From: Chiloscyllium plagiosum
Lineage: Eukaryota
Direction of reading: 5' to 3'
Assembly (NCBI RefSeq): GCF_004010195.1
Contig: NC_057758.1
Location: forward strand, 6,131,352-6,195,036
DNA: 63,685 nucleotides
In this document: positions 24,235 through 35,497 of the stretch, in pieces
Position numbering within the stretch: the stretch's first letter is position 1
Layout: each line of letters opens with the position of its first letter
Made by a program: the position numbers and the translations under genes
Notes under the pieces: generated by a model
Seen by the model: the letters and a program-made list of their open reading frames with translations, nothing else
Told to the model about the DNA's origin: nothing
Database searches by the model: none

Positions 24235-25417
24235 AGACGAAGCTGCGTCCACTGCATCCTTGTGCAGAGAATTCCAATGATTCACTACTCTCCGGGAAAA
24301 TCAGTTCGTCCCCTTCACTGTCTTAAATTTTACTCCCCCTAACCTTGAGGCTATGTATCGAGTTCTAGTCTCACCCACCAGCGGAAACAATTTTCTTGCC
24401 TTATTCTTAACAATCCCTTCCATAACTTTATATGTTTCTGTATGGTCCCATCTATTCCATCTAAATTAGAGCGAGTACTGCCTAAGGCGGCTCAAACTTC
24501 CCTGATCGGGTGACCCTCTTATCTCTGGAATCAGTCTGGTGAACCTCCTTTGAAAAGCCTCCAAGGCCACTATGTCCTTCCTCAAATAATGAGACCAGAA
24601 CTGCAGAAAATATTGAGAGTGCGACCTCACCATCTCTGTGTGCAACTGCAGCAGAAACTCCCTCGAGCAACGAAGCCAATATTCCGTTTATCTTCCTGAT
24701 TACCTGTTGTATCTGCGAATCAGCTTTTAGGGATTCATGTACAATCACCTCTACGTCCGTGTGCACAGCAGTATGCTTCAATCGTTCACAATTTAAATAA
24801 TGCGCTGGCTTACTATCATTACTTTCAAAGTGAACAACGTTACTTTCACCAATATTGTACTCCACATGCTAAACCCTAGCTCACTCACTTAATCGAAATC
24901 TCTCTGCAGCCCCACCACATCCTCTGCACAGTTTGCTATTCCACTCAATTTAGTGTCATTAGCAAAGTTGGATACCTTTCACTCGATATCCACTTCCACA
25001 TAATTGATGTATACAATGAACAGTTTTGACCTGATCACTGATTCCTGCGACACCCTGGTGAAGACCGATCTCCAATCAGTGAAACAAACATTCCCTGCAC
25101 CTCTCTGCTCTCTATTGATTGACAAATCTTCCATCCATGCTTGTAAATTCCCCACAACTACATGCATTTGTATCTTATGAATGGGTATTTTATGCAGCAT
25201 CTTATCAAATGCCGTGTGTATGGCCAAGGTGACAACATCCAACTGTTCTCCCTCATCCACCATCTTTGTTACATCCTTAAAGAACTTCCAGTAGACTTGT
25301 CACGAACGACCTTCCCTTCTTGTATTGATTTTACGTTCTGCCTGATGGACCCTTTTTTCCAGATGTCTCACTATTTCCTGTTAAAAAATGCACTCCAAAA
25401 TTTTCCCAACTACAAAT
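24235..25417 (-). mobile_element. Decayed CR1 LINE RT/3' fragment
   Basis: VDEGEQLDVVTLAIHTAFDKMLHK...FIVYIN and, in copy C, KLFPLAGETRTR...FSQRVVNQWNSL. Continues at ~25905-26770. Confidence 0.85.
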
Positions 25418-25418
25418 A

Positions 25419-25495
25419 GGTCGGAGGTTTAGCTCAGATGGTAAGAGAGTGCTGTAATAACGCCAAGGTCGTAGTTTAACTCCTCAAACTGACCA
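25419..25495 (+). pseudogene. tRNA-Ile(AAT)-derived pseudogene
   Basis: ggtcgg...tagctcagatggtaagagagtgctgtAATaacgccaaggtcgtagtttaactcctcaaactgacca aligns to vertebrate tRNA-Ile-AAT (TAGCTCAGTTGGTTAGAGCGTGGTGCTAATAACGCCAAGGTCG...ACTGGCCA). The T-arm is broken. Confidence 0.75.
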
Positions 25496-25555
25496 GGTGT
25501 GTCTTTGGGATTTGCAAGTCATGGGTTCACACTTGCAGGGTATGTGTTTGAGGAA

Positions 25556-25905
25556 GCACGTTCACGCAGTCGTGAGCAATGCTGCCGCACAAAACCAGGG
25601 ACCCGGATTCGATTCCATACTCGGACTATCTGCGTGCAGTTTGCACATTCTCACCGTGTCGACGTGAGCTTCATCTGGGTTCCCTGGTTTTCTTCCAGAA
25701 TTCCAAAACGTACAGGTTAGGTGAATTAGCGAAGCTGAATTGTCCATAGTGTTCAAGGATGTGTAGATTAGATGCATTAGTCAGGGGTAAATATCAGGCA
25801 ATAAGGTAAGGCAGTGGAGCTGGGTGGGTTTGTCTTCAGAGGGTTCGAGTGGACGTGTTGGCCCTAAGGGTCTGTTTACATACTGTCGAGATTCTAAGTT
25901 CTAAA
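25556..25905 (+). mobile_element. tRNA-derived SINE (HE1/V-SINE-like)
   Basis: ccagggacccggattcgattcc B-box, gtgcagtttgcacattctcaccgtgtc V-domain-like segment, and attctaagttcta tail. Confidence 0.8.
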
Positions 25906-26044
25906 ATGCTAATCTAACTGCCTTTAATTTATCTGCCTTTTACCTACTCACTTTTAAAAACAGCAACATGCCATTCGCTGTCTTCCAGTCCACTGCGAGC
26001 AGCCAGTGAATCTGGCAAATTAACATTAACGCTTCAATTACATT

Positions 26045-26262
26045 GGAGGAGAAAGTGAGGTCTGCAGATGCTGGAGATCAAAGTTGAAACTTTATTGCTG
26101 GAACAGCACAGCAGGTCAGGCAGCATCCAGGGAACAGGAGATTCGACGTTTCGGGCACAGGCCCTTCTTCAGGAATGAAGAAGGGCCTGTGCCCGAAACG
26201 TCGAATCTCCTGTTCCCTGGATGCTGCCTGACCTGCTGTGCTGTTCCAGCAATAAAGTTTCA
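26045..26262. mobile_element. Young non-autonomous Penelope-derived fold-back element with 14-bp TSD
   Basis: Perfect 87-bp inverted arms 26085-26171 and 26176-26262 around a ggaa loop. Flanked by gcttcaattacatt at 26031-26044 and 26263-26276. Confidence 0.92.
26141..26176 (-). ncRNA. Minimal type I hammerhead ribozyme with intact core
   Basis: Minus strand reads attc-CTGAAGA-a-gggc-ctgt-gccc-GAAA-cGTC-gaat: stem I attc/gaat, stem II gggc/gccc, palindromic acgt minimal stem III. Confidence 0.85.
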
Positions 26263-26859
26263 GCTTCAATTACATTTCCGCCATTCCTTTCAGCAACCTG
26301 GATGGATTCTAGGGGACTTAACGATCGTTCGACCCTCACGTTTGCTGAACTTTACTCCGATAGTGAGAACATTTGAATTGATAACCTGATCTCCCATCAT
26401 ACTTAACACCATTCTTTTGGCATGTAAGACATATTCTCCACTGTGAAGACTGACGGAAAATAGTTATTCAAGGCCGTACCCATTTCATCGTTGCCCAACG
26501 TTAATTCCCATTTCGGCTCCTGCAATGGCCCGAAATCTACTTGAGCCAGCCTTTTATGTTTTCAAAATTATAAAAACGTTTCCTACCTGACTATTTACTC
26601 TATGTTGGTTCGCATTTATCGTCTATCTTTCCTTTCTTTATTGCTTGCTTCGTGCTTTTATTTTGTTGCTTTTTAATTTGTTTTAACCAATCTTCCCGTT
26701 TCCTCCTAGAGTACTATTGGCTACTTTGTAAGCCTGAGCTGTTAGTTGGCTGCCTTCTTTTAAATCCATAGATTATAGAGTAGTACCCCACAGTACAAGC
26801 CTTTCGGCCCTTGATGTGGTGCCAATATTTTATCCTGCTCTAAGTTCAAACTAACCTAC

Positions 26860-27470
26860 TGTGACGATGATGCACGTTTGACAAGGTTATGCTGTCCTTG
26901 GCTTTTTTTTAATTTCAGAGAGGTCGGAAAAGGCACAGACTCAGAAGCATCCAAGTTTGAAAGATGTTTGGACCAATTTGATTACCGCACACAAATTCTG
27001 CCTCATGGCAAATGGTTATCAAGATTAGAAGAGAACACTTGTACAATGAAAGATGGACGTCCATTTCTCCCAGCTCAGCATTTTTCTCAGGTTTTACTTA
27101 TTTTTGTCAATCTGGCTATTCACCCAAAGCAGTCGAGTGGGCAGATTTTGTACGCTGATGGACCCAAATATGTCGGTTATTGCTCAATATTTCTTTGACA
27201 TCTCTCCTGTAATCCACTGCACTCCATGGCACCTTTTGTAACAAGGACTATTTATGGGGAGACTTGCAATTATTTTTGCCATCATCATTAAGTTGAGGTG
27301 ATCTGTTGGGTTTTTGGATAGTGTATTATGTTGTTTTTCGTGTATCATTCGGTAACGTTCTAAATATATATGGTTTTGTTTCAAACGAAGTGGTTCAATC
27401 ATCTCTATTACTCCTGCAATATCTGGGTTACACCCATTTAAAACAACGAGCAAAGTTACGATCTAGGCTT
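26860..27470. mobile_element. Gypsy LTR-like start plus decayed RT fragment
   Basis: TGTGAC-initiated LTR-like sequence at 26860. Minus-strand gtggattacagg (C.VDYR) remnant near 27210. Confidence 0.45.
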
Positions 27471-27489
27471 ATTTCTTGAAATGTTTCGA

Positions 27490-29760
27490 TGTGGTCTGTT
27501 CTGGTCCAGAACACGACATACCGTACATTTTACGATTATCCATACGCCTGTGCAAAATTGCTCCAATGTCCCGAATGTACCTGACTCGACTGCCACTGCT
27601 GGCAGTGCATTTTACGCATCCACCACACTCTCTGTAAAGAAACAATATCTGATGTCTATCCTGTACCATTTTTCCAATCAACTTAAAATTATGCCAGCTT
27701 GTGATTGCCATTTTCGAACGGGGAAAATGAATATCTATGACTATTCACTCGATTTATGAAGGTCATCATCTTGTACACCTCTCTCAAACGTTCCTCTTAA
27801 TACATGCCCTCCATTCCAGGGAGCATCCAGGTAAATCTCCTCTGCACTCTATCTTAAGTTTCCACATCCTTCCTATGACGAAGAGACCATAACTGAACAC
27901 CATTTTGCAAGGCTCGACTAACCAGAGTTTTATAGAGCTACAGCATAGCCTTGCGGCTCTTTAACTTAATCCCTCAGCTAAAGAAACCAACGCACCATAT
28001 GCCGTATTAACAACCCTATCAATTTGGATGGAAACGTTGCGGGGCCTATAGATGTGGACCCCAAGATTCATCTTCTACTCCACACAGCCAAAAATCTAAG
28101 ATTCAACCCTGTAAGCTACATTCCAGTTCGACCTTTCAAAATGAACCACTTCACATGTTTCCAAATTAAACGCCATCTTCCACTTCTCAACAACATCTGC
28201 ATTCTGTCAATGTCCTGTTGCAATCTACAACGGCACTCCACATTCACCACAACGCCAACAACTTTTATGTCATCCTCAAAATTACTGATGCACCCTTCCA
28301 TTTACTCATTCAAGACATTTATACAAATCACAAAAAACAGAGGTCCCAGAACCGATCTCTTTGAATCACCAAAGATCACCGAGCACACGGCTGAATACTC
28401 AACATCCATAGAACATTACCACAGGCTGTCTTCTATGTCCCTGTCAATTTTGCACCCCGACAGCTATATTTCCCTGTATCCCTTGCCTCCAAACATTATC
28501 AATGAGCCTACCATGAGGAACCTCATCAACTCTGTGGCTGAATTGCAGATGCATCACTGACACTGCTCGACATTTTTCATTGTGTTTTATTGCATACTCA
28601 GAGAATAAACTGCGAGGAATGACGTGCCCATCACAAGGGCATAAAAAAACTATGTCTAATCAAGCTACGTTTTCCCAAATACTCATAAACCCTGCCTCTC
28701 AGAATCCTCTCCTACAATATTGCCAGCAGATATGAAAGGCAAGCAGGCCTGCAATACACAATGTTATCCATAATCATTTTCTTGAATAAGAGAATATCAT
28801 AACCGCCCTCCAAACTTCTGATAATGCACCAGTGGATTGTGAGGACGCAAAGACCTTCGCCAAGTATGCAACACTTCCCTTACATTCCGGAGAAAACTTT
28901 TATATATGCCATCTTGCCCAGGTAACTTATCTGTCCTCAACAATCCAAGGCTGACCCATCCTCCCCTTGCTGTCCTTATTTCTAACAGGAGTATACTTTC
29001 CTTCAACGCTGTGAAAAGATCTTATTGTATTTCCTCAACTGTTACTCAAATCTACTACAACATAACTTGTGTTCCTAGTGCAATTTAACCAGCTCCTTCC
29101 TCATCCCATTATAGTATCCCTTGTTTAAGCAAAAACACCCTGATTTTCAGTGATATTATTTCAATGCCCATTTGTGTCCGAAGTTCGACCATATTGTGAG
29201 CACCCTTTCCAAGAGGATTCCTAAATGCAATATCATTCTAATTTCCTGTCTGGTTACAGAGGACCAGATCTAAGATTTCATGCTCTCTTGAAGGTTCGGT
29301 AACATGCTGTTCAAGATTGTTATCATGGATGTGTTACTTTCACTCGTCTTAATACTGCCTCAACAGACTTGATTTGGTCAATCAGTGTACATGTTGAACA
29401 CCTGCATGACTGTTGCCGTTCCATTCATACTTGCGTCAGTTACTTCTTGATTGATTGCCTGTGCCATTATTGCGTCGGCGGCAGAATCATCCTAAGGTGA
29501 CTTCTTTCCTTTACTATTCCTGATCTCCACCCAAATGAATTCAACATATTTCTCATACATCTGTGTCGTCTCTCCCTATTGCCCCAATCCCATTCTTAAT
29601 TAAGTGTGTGACACCATCTCCCATTGTCCTGCCTGTCTTTGCTGATTACAAGATACCCTTGGATATTTAGTTCCGAACCATCATCTTGCTGCAACCACGT
29701 TTCTGTAATGGTAATCCTTTGTCGAGACTTGCACAAGTTCATTGAATTTATTTCGAATAC
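27490..29760 (-). mobile_element. Decayed CR1 LINE ORF2 pieces (endonuclease to 3' end)
   Basis: ITITETWLQQDDGSELNIQGY, DKLPGQDGIY..FLRNVRE and EGCISNFEDDIKVVGVVVNVECRCRLQQDIDRMQ. Confidence 0.85.
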
Positions 29761-29989
29761 TACGGGCATTCCGAATGCTGCCGTTTTACTCATTGTTTCT
29801 GTCGATTCGAGGTAGACTTTGGAACTATTTTGTCGCCCAATTTTACTTTTATTTCTTTTCTTACTTTTGCTTTGGTCTCAGCATTGCTTCCTTCTGCTTT
29901 TTTGCGTGGACTCACGTCGTTTTACCATTTTTGACGAACCTTCCTCAAAGTCTTTCTGTTTGTTACATCTGCCATCCAACCAAACGAGG

Positions 29990-30390
29990 AATCTTCTCAC
30001 CTGATGCTAGGTTTCACAAACACCGTCGCCGCGGCCAATCTCGTTTCAAGCTTCCCCAGCAACTCTAGAAAACCTCCCGGCAAGCATACTCGTCCCCTTC
30101 GAGTTCAGGTGCAACCCAACTCTTTCGTACATTTCAAAGCTTCTTCAGAAGAGAACCTAATGTTGCACAAATCGGAAATCCTGTCCCGCACTCCGCATCA
30201 ACTCTTCAGCCAAGCATTTGCCTGCCAAACGTCTTATTTTTTTCCCTCACTGGCGCGTGACATAGCGAGAACACCAGCGTTTACTATTCTTGTGGTGCTT
30301 CTTTTTCGCCTCCTTCCTAACTCCTTAAATTCAGTTGCCATGCCGTCATGCATTTTCCTAACTGTGTCACCTTAACCATGACTTCTTGCT
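29990..30390 (-). mobile_element. CR1 ORF1 SGNH-esterase remnant
   Basis: Minus strand reads EFKELGRRRKRSTTRIV..GVL..SRASEG..NAWLKS...GLHLNSKGTSMLAGRFSRV. Confidence 0.8.
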
Positions 30391-30399
30391 GCTCACGCT

Positions 30400-30720
30400 C
30401 CCCTGACACAGAAATGCAACAAACTGTGCCTGCATGTTTTGATGCCTCCGCCAATGACATTGTCCATCACTTTGCTGAGAATAACTTTTGCCGAATGAGA
30501 GATTTGATGTCGCTGGATGGGATAGTTATTTTGCCTTGTGTTATTCAAAAGAGGCCACATGCGGAATAATTCCCAGATTGTCATGTCGCTGCCAGTGATG
30601 CGTGGTGTATGAAGTGTGTGCTTTTCCATCTTACATGCAATATCTTTGCGTATTTGATACTGGAGACCGTGAAGTGATGGCAAATTTTCTGGTCGGATCA
30701 CCAAATGCATGATGATTGGC
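30400..30720 (-). mobile_element. LINE RT N-terminal fragment (CR1/L2/Jockey group)
   Basis: ...ILSKVMDNVIGGGIK resembles the YRPISLLSIISKVMEG.IN..IK region. Confidence 0.5.
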
Positions 30721-31014
30721 TGGTGGAGGCTCGGACTATCCCTGCGCTATCAATACACGACCAGCAAACTCATGTTCTGTGGATTCACCTTCGAATCTTA
30801 TAATGGTTATCAAATTCAAATAGTTTAATGAAAAGATGAAACATCTACTTTACTGACATTCTTTCGGGAAGAAAATCTATGGTCCGTATCTGATCAAATT
30901 TTTCATTTGTCATGTGACTAATTCCTGAATGCCCTGCAGGGCAGAAAGGAATGGGAAACGAATGTTGCTTCTGGCAGCAATGCCTGCATGTCATGGATAA
31001 CTGCTGTCGATATT

Positions 31015-31990
31015 ATTATGGACCACGCCAGAAATTGTCAAAATATTTTAAGAAGGTGGACTACACAATAAACTTATTTTTTATGTAAATGCAGATGCAG
31101 AGTGGATTATCCTGCACTGATGCAGCTGGTCAAACCACAGAGCTTTAAACAAAATAGAATTTATTAAACCACTATGAATGAAACAGGAACACAGGAAAGC
31201 ATGATTGCGTATAAATTACTGAAAACTTAATTAACACGATTTCGCAACTTAATAAAACTGCAACATCCCATGATCATACATCATGTAAAAGTATAATGCA
31301 AGCATAAGTGGTATCAGAGAAATTGTTCTGAAAAGACCACGGTTGAAACGAGAAACGCATTTTTCAATGTGGCTGCTTCGCTCAGTCCAAGTAGAATTGT
31401 TGCTCTTCCTACAACTTTGGATGGAACGCAATGGATTTAGATTGTTTTATTTGGAAGCTGTACATAGCTTCCTTGAATAATTCTGATGTACTTTGTCCCC
31501 AGATCGGACTGATTCCCCGTGGATAATCAATACTGTATTTAAAAAGAATAACTCTTAAGCAATCCTTTGAGCTGTGATTTTGCATAATGGAAGAGCCTCT
31601 TTAAATCTAGTGGACAAATACCATATTGTTAAGAAATACTGATTTTCCACTTTCTAATTCAGGGAGGAGTCCTTCGCAATCAATTAAGACTCTTGTGAAA
31701 TATTACTGAAATGCAGGAATGGGTAGTCAAAGAGCAAGCTTCATTACTCTCTGCGGTTTACAATTAACTGATACGAGTGACATGTCTGGCAAAATTCAAC
31801 TATATCCTTGAGCAGTCTGTGCCAGGAAAAATGATTTTGCATTTTATCTTAAGAGTTTTGAACCCGTAAATGACCTGCTATTTGGAGGCTGTGCACAATC
31901 CAAAGCAACTTCTTCCGTTAACACACTGGTATATAACTGCATGAACTTCCACTCATTACTCAATTGTCCGGACATGTGATGGACTCAATT
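31015..31990 (-). mobile_element. LTR-like block (Gypsy family)
   Basis: Shares motifs with 6909-7513. Non-coding; boundaries approximate. Confidence 0.4.
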
Positions 31991-32004
31991 TTATCACTAA
32001 GACA

Positions 32005-32310
32005 TCACAGAACACGGAACATAGAAAATAGAGCATTGCAGTTCTGCACAGGCCTTTTGGCCCTCCATGTTGCGTCGGCCAGTGGAACTAATCTGAAGCC
32101 TGTATATCTTAAATTATCCCATTTTATTTATATGTTTTTCCAATGATCATTTAAATGTCCTTGAAGTCGGCGAGACTTCTACTGTTGTAGGCAGTATGCT
32201 CCACATCGCTATTAATCTCTGAGTAAAGAAACTACCTCTGGCATCTTTACTGTATCTATCATCCCTCAATTTAAAGCTGCGTCCCCTCGTCCGAACTATC
32301 ACCACGTGAG
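32005..32310 (-). mobile_element. CR1 3' end
   Basis: RTRGRSFKLRDDRYSKDARGSFFTQRLIAMWSILP, with aacatagaa-type tail. Confidence 0.85.
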
Positions 32311-33559
32311 GACTGGGAATTCTACTGCCAATCCAGGACAAACAGCACCACTGCCTTTCCGACCCCCCTCTTGACGTAAAAAATAAATGACAAAATAAAC
32401 TTGTGAAAAGGCAGTATCGTCACAGTAACAACCAATGGATTTTATGCTTTTGTGAGCTTAATGCCAACGGAACAAAACTCTCTCGCCCAGGATTTTTTAT
32501 ACTCAATCTGTCCTGCAGAATGTTTATGAAGGCGGTTTCAATGGAGATGGAATCACGTGTTAGTAAAAGGATTGGTTTTGTTCGTTTATCAGAAGTCCCT
32601 AGCTGCACCATCCCCAAGAACCCAAGGTCTCTAAACAGGATAGATCTCAGCCTCCACTGAGCGATCCAGATGATAAAACAGCATTGATGACAGAGATAAT
32701 TCTGGCATTAACAATTGCTAAAACCACAACACAGATAGAATCCATGATGTGCACTGTGGGGTCAAACAGTAACACACGCAAACTGACACAGGTATATGCA
32801 CTCACATTCACAGAAACACAAACTCAACTCCATTGACACACATACACAGACAGTAATGCCAGCAGATACATAAGCATGACTGCGCTCACTGACTGACACA
32901 TATGCATGCAGACACACACACTCAACACAAACATACACACAATTACAGAGAGATACCCCCTGATGCGCAAAGAGACATTAACTGCAATAATATTAATTCA
33001 ACACAGTGAGAAAGCAGATACTGGGGCATCAGCTGATATTCAGCTGCTGAATGGTGTCAATCAATGGAACGACGACTGTGGAGGCCAACTAATGTTTGGA
33101 AACACAGCAATATGCAAAATGTTTATTGCCTATAGAAATAAAATGACGTAGTACTATATGTGATGTGAGATAACTAATATATGAACTCTCAGCAGTGTGC
33201 AAAATGTACATTTCTGCAATAGTACAATGTCTCGTGCGGGACTACTGAAATTTGCATGCTTAGCACATTAGAAACAGTGTACTGTGTACAGGCAGGCAAT
33301 GGCTATTGTGGGAGACTGATACGTGCACATTCAGTTGTGCAACCCCAGTATTTAAAACATGAGCGCAAGTGAAATACTTCATCATTTCCGGTCTTTGCAT
33401 GAAAACAACGTAGCCTTTCTTGAGCGCTGAAAGATTAAATACAGCCTTGTAACCAGCGAGGTCCTTTTTCGAGGTGAATGTTTAACAAACCATCTAACTA
33501 TCCAAAATGATCCGAGATTAGTACCCCACACATCACTGAACGTATATCGTAGAATGTTC

Positions 33560-34489
33560 AATATTGAACATTGAACATTACAGTGCAGTACAGACCCTTC
33601 GTCCATCGATGTTGTGCTGACCAGTGAAACCATTCGAAAGCCCATCGAACCTACACTATTTCATGATCATTCATGTGATTATCTAATTACCATTTCAATC
33701 CACATAATATTGCCGAGTCCACTACTGTTGCAGACAGGTCTTTCCACATCCTTGCTACTCTCTGAGTAAATAAATTGCTTGTCACAACTGACCTATATCT
33801 ATCACACCTCAATTTAAAGCTATTTCACCTCTTGCTAGCTATCACCATCCAAGGAAAAAAGGCTCTCACCCAATCTCATGCTCTGATCATCTTGTATGCC
33901 TCTATGAAGTTACCTCTTATTCTCCTGATCGCGAACAAAAACAGCCTCATGTCTCTCACCCTTTTCTTATAAGACTTTACTAAGATACTAGACAATATCC
34001 TGCTAAATCTCCTCTGCACGCCTTTCCAAAGTTTCCACAGACTTCCAATCATATGGCTGCACCAGAGTTTTGTACAGCTGAAACAACGCCACACAGCTCC
34101 AAAACTCAAATCGTCTGCGAATAAAATCTGAAAAACTAAACGTTTTCTTTAACAACCCTATCAACCTGAGTTAAATTCATGGCTGCAGATGCTGGAGGAC
34201 AGAGTCGAAAAGTGTGACGCTGGGAAATGTACACCCCTTAGGCAACATCTGAGGCTTAGGAAAAGTCCTGCAGCAGAAGAGCCATTCCTGATGAAAGACT
34301 TATGCCCGAAGCGTCAATTCTCCTGTTCATTGAAAGCTGCCGAACAGGCTGTGACTTTCCAGCACCACATATATCAGCCTTTGTGGCAAATTACAGGGAT
34401 GCATTCACATCGACCCAGAGACCTCTGTGCTCATGCACACTGCCCAGAGTCTTACCCTGAGCCCAGTACGCTATATGCCTGTTCCTCGA
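33560..34489 (-). mobile_element. Decayed CR1 3' fragment interrupted by a Penelope-derived short element
   Basis: VQRRFSRILS..VKSYKKRVRDMRLF..RRIRGNFIEAYKM, with (attgaac)n tail at ~33562-33578. Confidence 0.8.
34170..34380. mobile_element. Decayed member of the 26045-type fold-back family with a degenerate hammerhead
   Basis: ctgcagatgctgga start. attcCTGATGAaagacttatgcccGAAgcgtcaatt at 34284-34319. Confidence 0.65.
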
Positions 34490-34989
34490 NNNNNNNNNNN
34501 NNNNNNNNNNNNNNNNNNNNNNNNNNNNNNNNNNNNNNNNNNNNNNNNNNNNNNNNNNNNNNNNNNNNNNNNNNNNNNNNNNNNNNNNNNNNNNNNNNNN
34601 NNNNNNNNNNNNNNNNNNNNNNNNNNNNNNNNNNNNNNNNNNNNNNNNNNNNNNNNNNNNNNNNNNNNNNNNNNNNNNNNNNNNNNNNNNNNNNNNNNNN
34701 NNNNNNNNNNNNNNNNNNNNNNNNNNNNNNNNNNNNNNNNNNNNNNNNNNNNNNNNNNNNNNNNNNNNNNNNNNNNNNNNNNNNNNNNNNNNNNNNNNNN
34801 NNNNNNNNNNNNNNNNNNNNNNNNNNNNNNNNNNNNNNNNNNNNNNNNNNNNNNNNNNNNNNNNNNNNNNNNNNNNNNNNNNNNNNNNNNNNNNNNNNNN
34901 NNNNNNNNNNNNNNNNNNNNNNNNNNNNNNNNNNNNNNNNNNNNNNNNNNNNNNNNNNNNNNNNNNNNNNNNNNNNNNNNNNNNNNNNN
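34490..34989. other. Assembly gap (exactly 500 N)
   Basis: Run of 500 N. Confidence 0.99.
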
Positions 34990-35441
34990 AGTCGTTGAGC
35001 TCCCACATCAAGCACGTAGCGCACTGAACCAGCTGGGCAGTCATGTCTTCACCCTCTTCAACTGTGGTGTAATCACTTCACTCAACCTCCTTGTCAAAGA
35101 TTCCTGAGCTGAAGCCTCACTCTTCGATCTAAACTTCTTTAGACCCTCTTTTTGTGGCCCGTCTGTGGACTCTTAATTAAGGTTTGAGGAAGAGGGAGGG
35201 AGGGAGACCCTACTTTGTAGGACCTGGGGTTTAGAACACACCCACTCCAACTGCAATCACTTACCTTCCCGACCGGCTTTGCTCTCCGTCTGAACTTCCG
35301 CCCAGCTCCCGCCGCTCTCGGCTGCGAAAAGACCGTTGGCGTCGAGGTAAGTTCTTTATATAGTAATCACTTACCTTCCCGACCGGCTTTGCGCTCCGTC
35401 TGAACTTCCTCCCAGCTCCCGCCGCATTCTGCTGCGAAAAG
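34990..35441 (-). mobile_element. 5' end of a CR1 LINE: CpG-rich 5'UTR with 110-bp tandem repeat and ORF1 start
   Basis: ATG at 35044 gives MTAQLVQCATCLMWELND (CR1 ORF1 CxxCxMW zinc-finger start). Repeats at 35255-35331 and 35365-35441 each contain GGTAAGT on the minus strand. Confidence 0.75.
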
Positions 35442-35497
35442 CTACGACCTTAGCGTTATTACTGCACTCTCTAACCATCTGAGCGAAACCTCCTATC
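35442..35497 (-). pseudogene. 3'-truncated tRNA-Ile(AAT) pseudogene (copy C)
   Basis: Minus strand ggaggtttcgctcagatggttagagagtgcagtAATaacgctaaggtcgtag is the paralogue of 25419-25474. It abuts the CR1 5'UTR. Confidence 0.7.

Larger units (their letters stand above)
2250..25474 (-). repeat. Segmental duplication copy B (inverted relative to A and C)
   Basis: Colinear reverse-complement match to 35442-56009. Paired ORFs include 2314..2625/55691..55945, 18504..18686/40016..40198, 24482..24865/36051..36434 and 24979..25263/35656..35937. Confidence 0.97.

Noticed and set aside
25419..25495. Functional tRNA-Ile gene
   Set aside because: The T-arm/B-box is disrupted, and the anticodon arm and acceptor stem have indels or mismatches.
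26078..26389. Near-identical ORFs on both strands (MKLYCWNSTAGQAASREQ...)
   Set aside because: A consequence of the perfect DNA hairpin, not a gene pair.
32770..32945. CA-rich stretch giving a His/Thr-rich ORF
   Set aside because: Degenerate (CA)n low-complexity sequence.
33050..33125. QWNDDC...ICK resembling a C-type lectin WND motif
   Set aside because: Cysteine spacing is wrong and there are no clear splice sites or neighbouring lectin motifs.
35255..35441. Repeat-spacer-repeat pattern as a CRISPR-like array
   Set aside because: Only two ~77-bp copies in vertebrate DNA, directly upstream of a CR1 ORF1. These are 5'UTR monomers.
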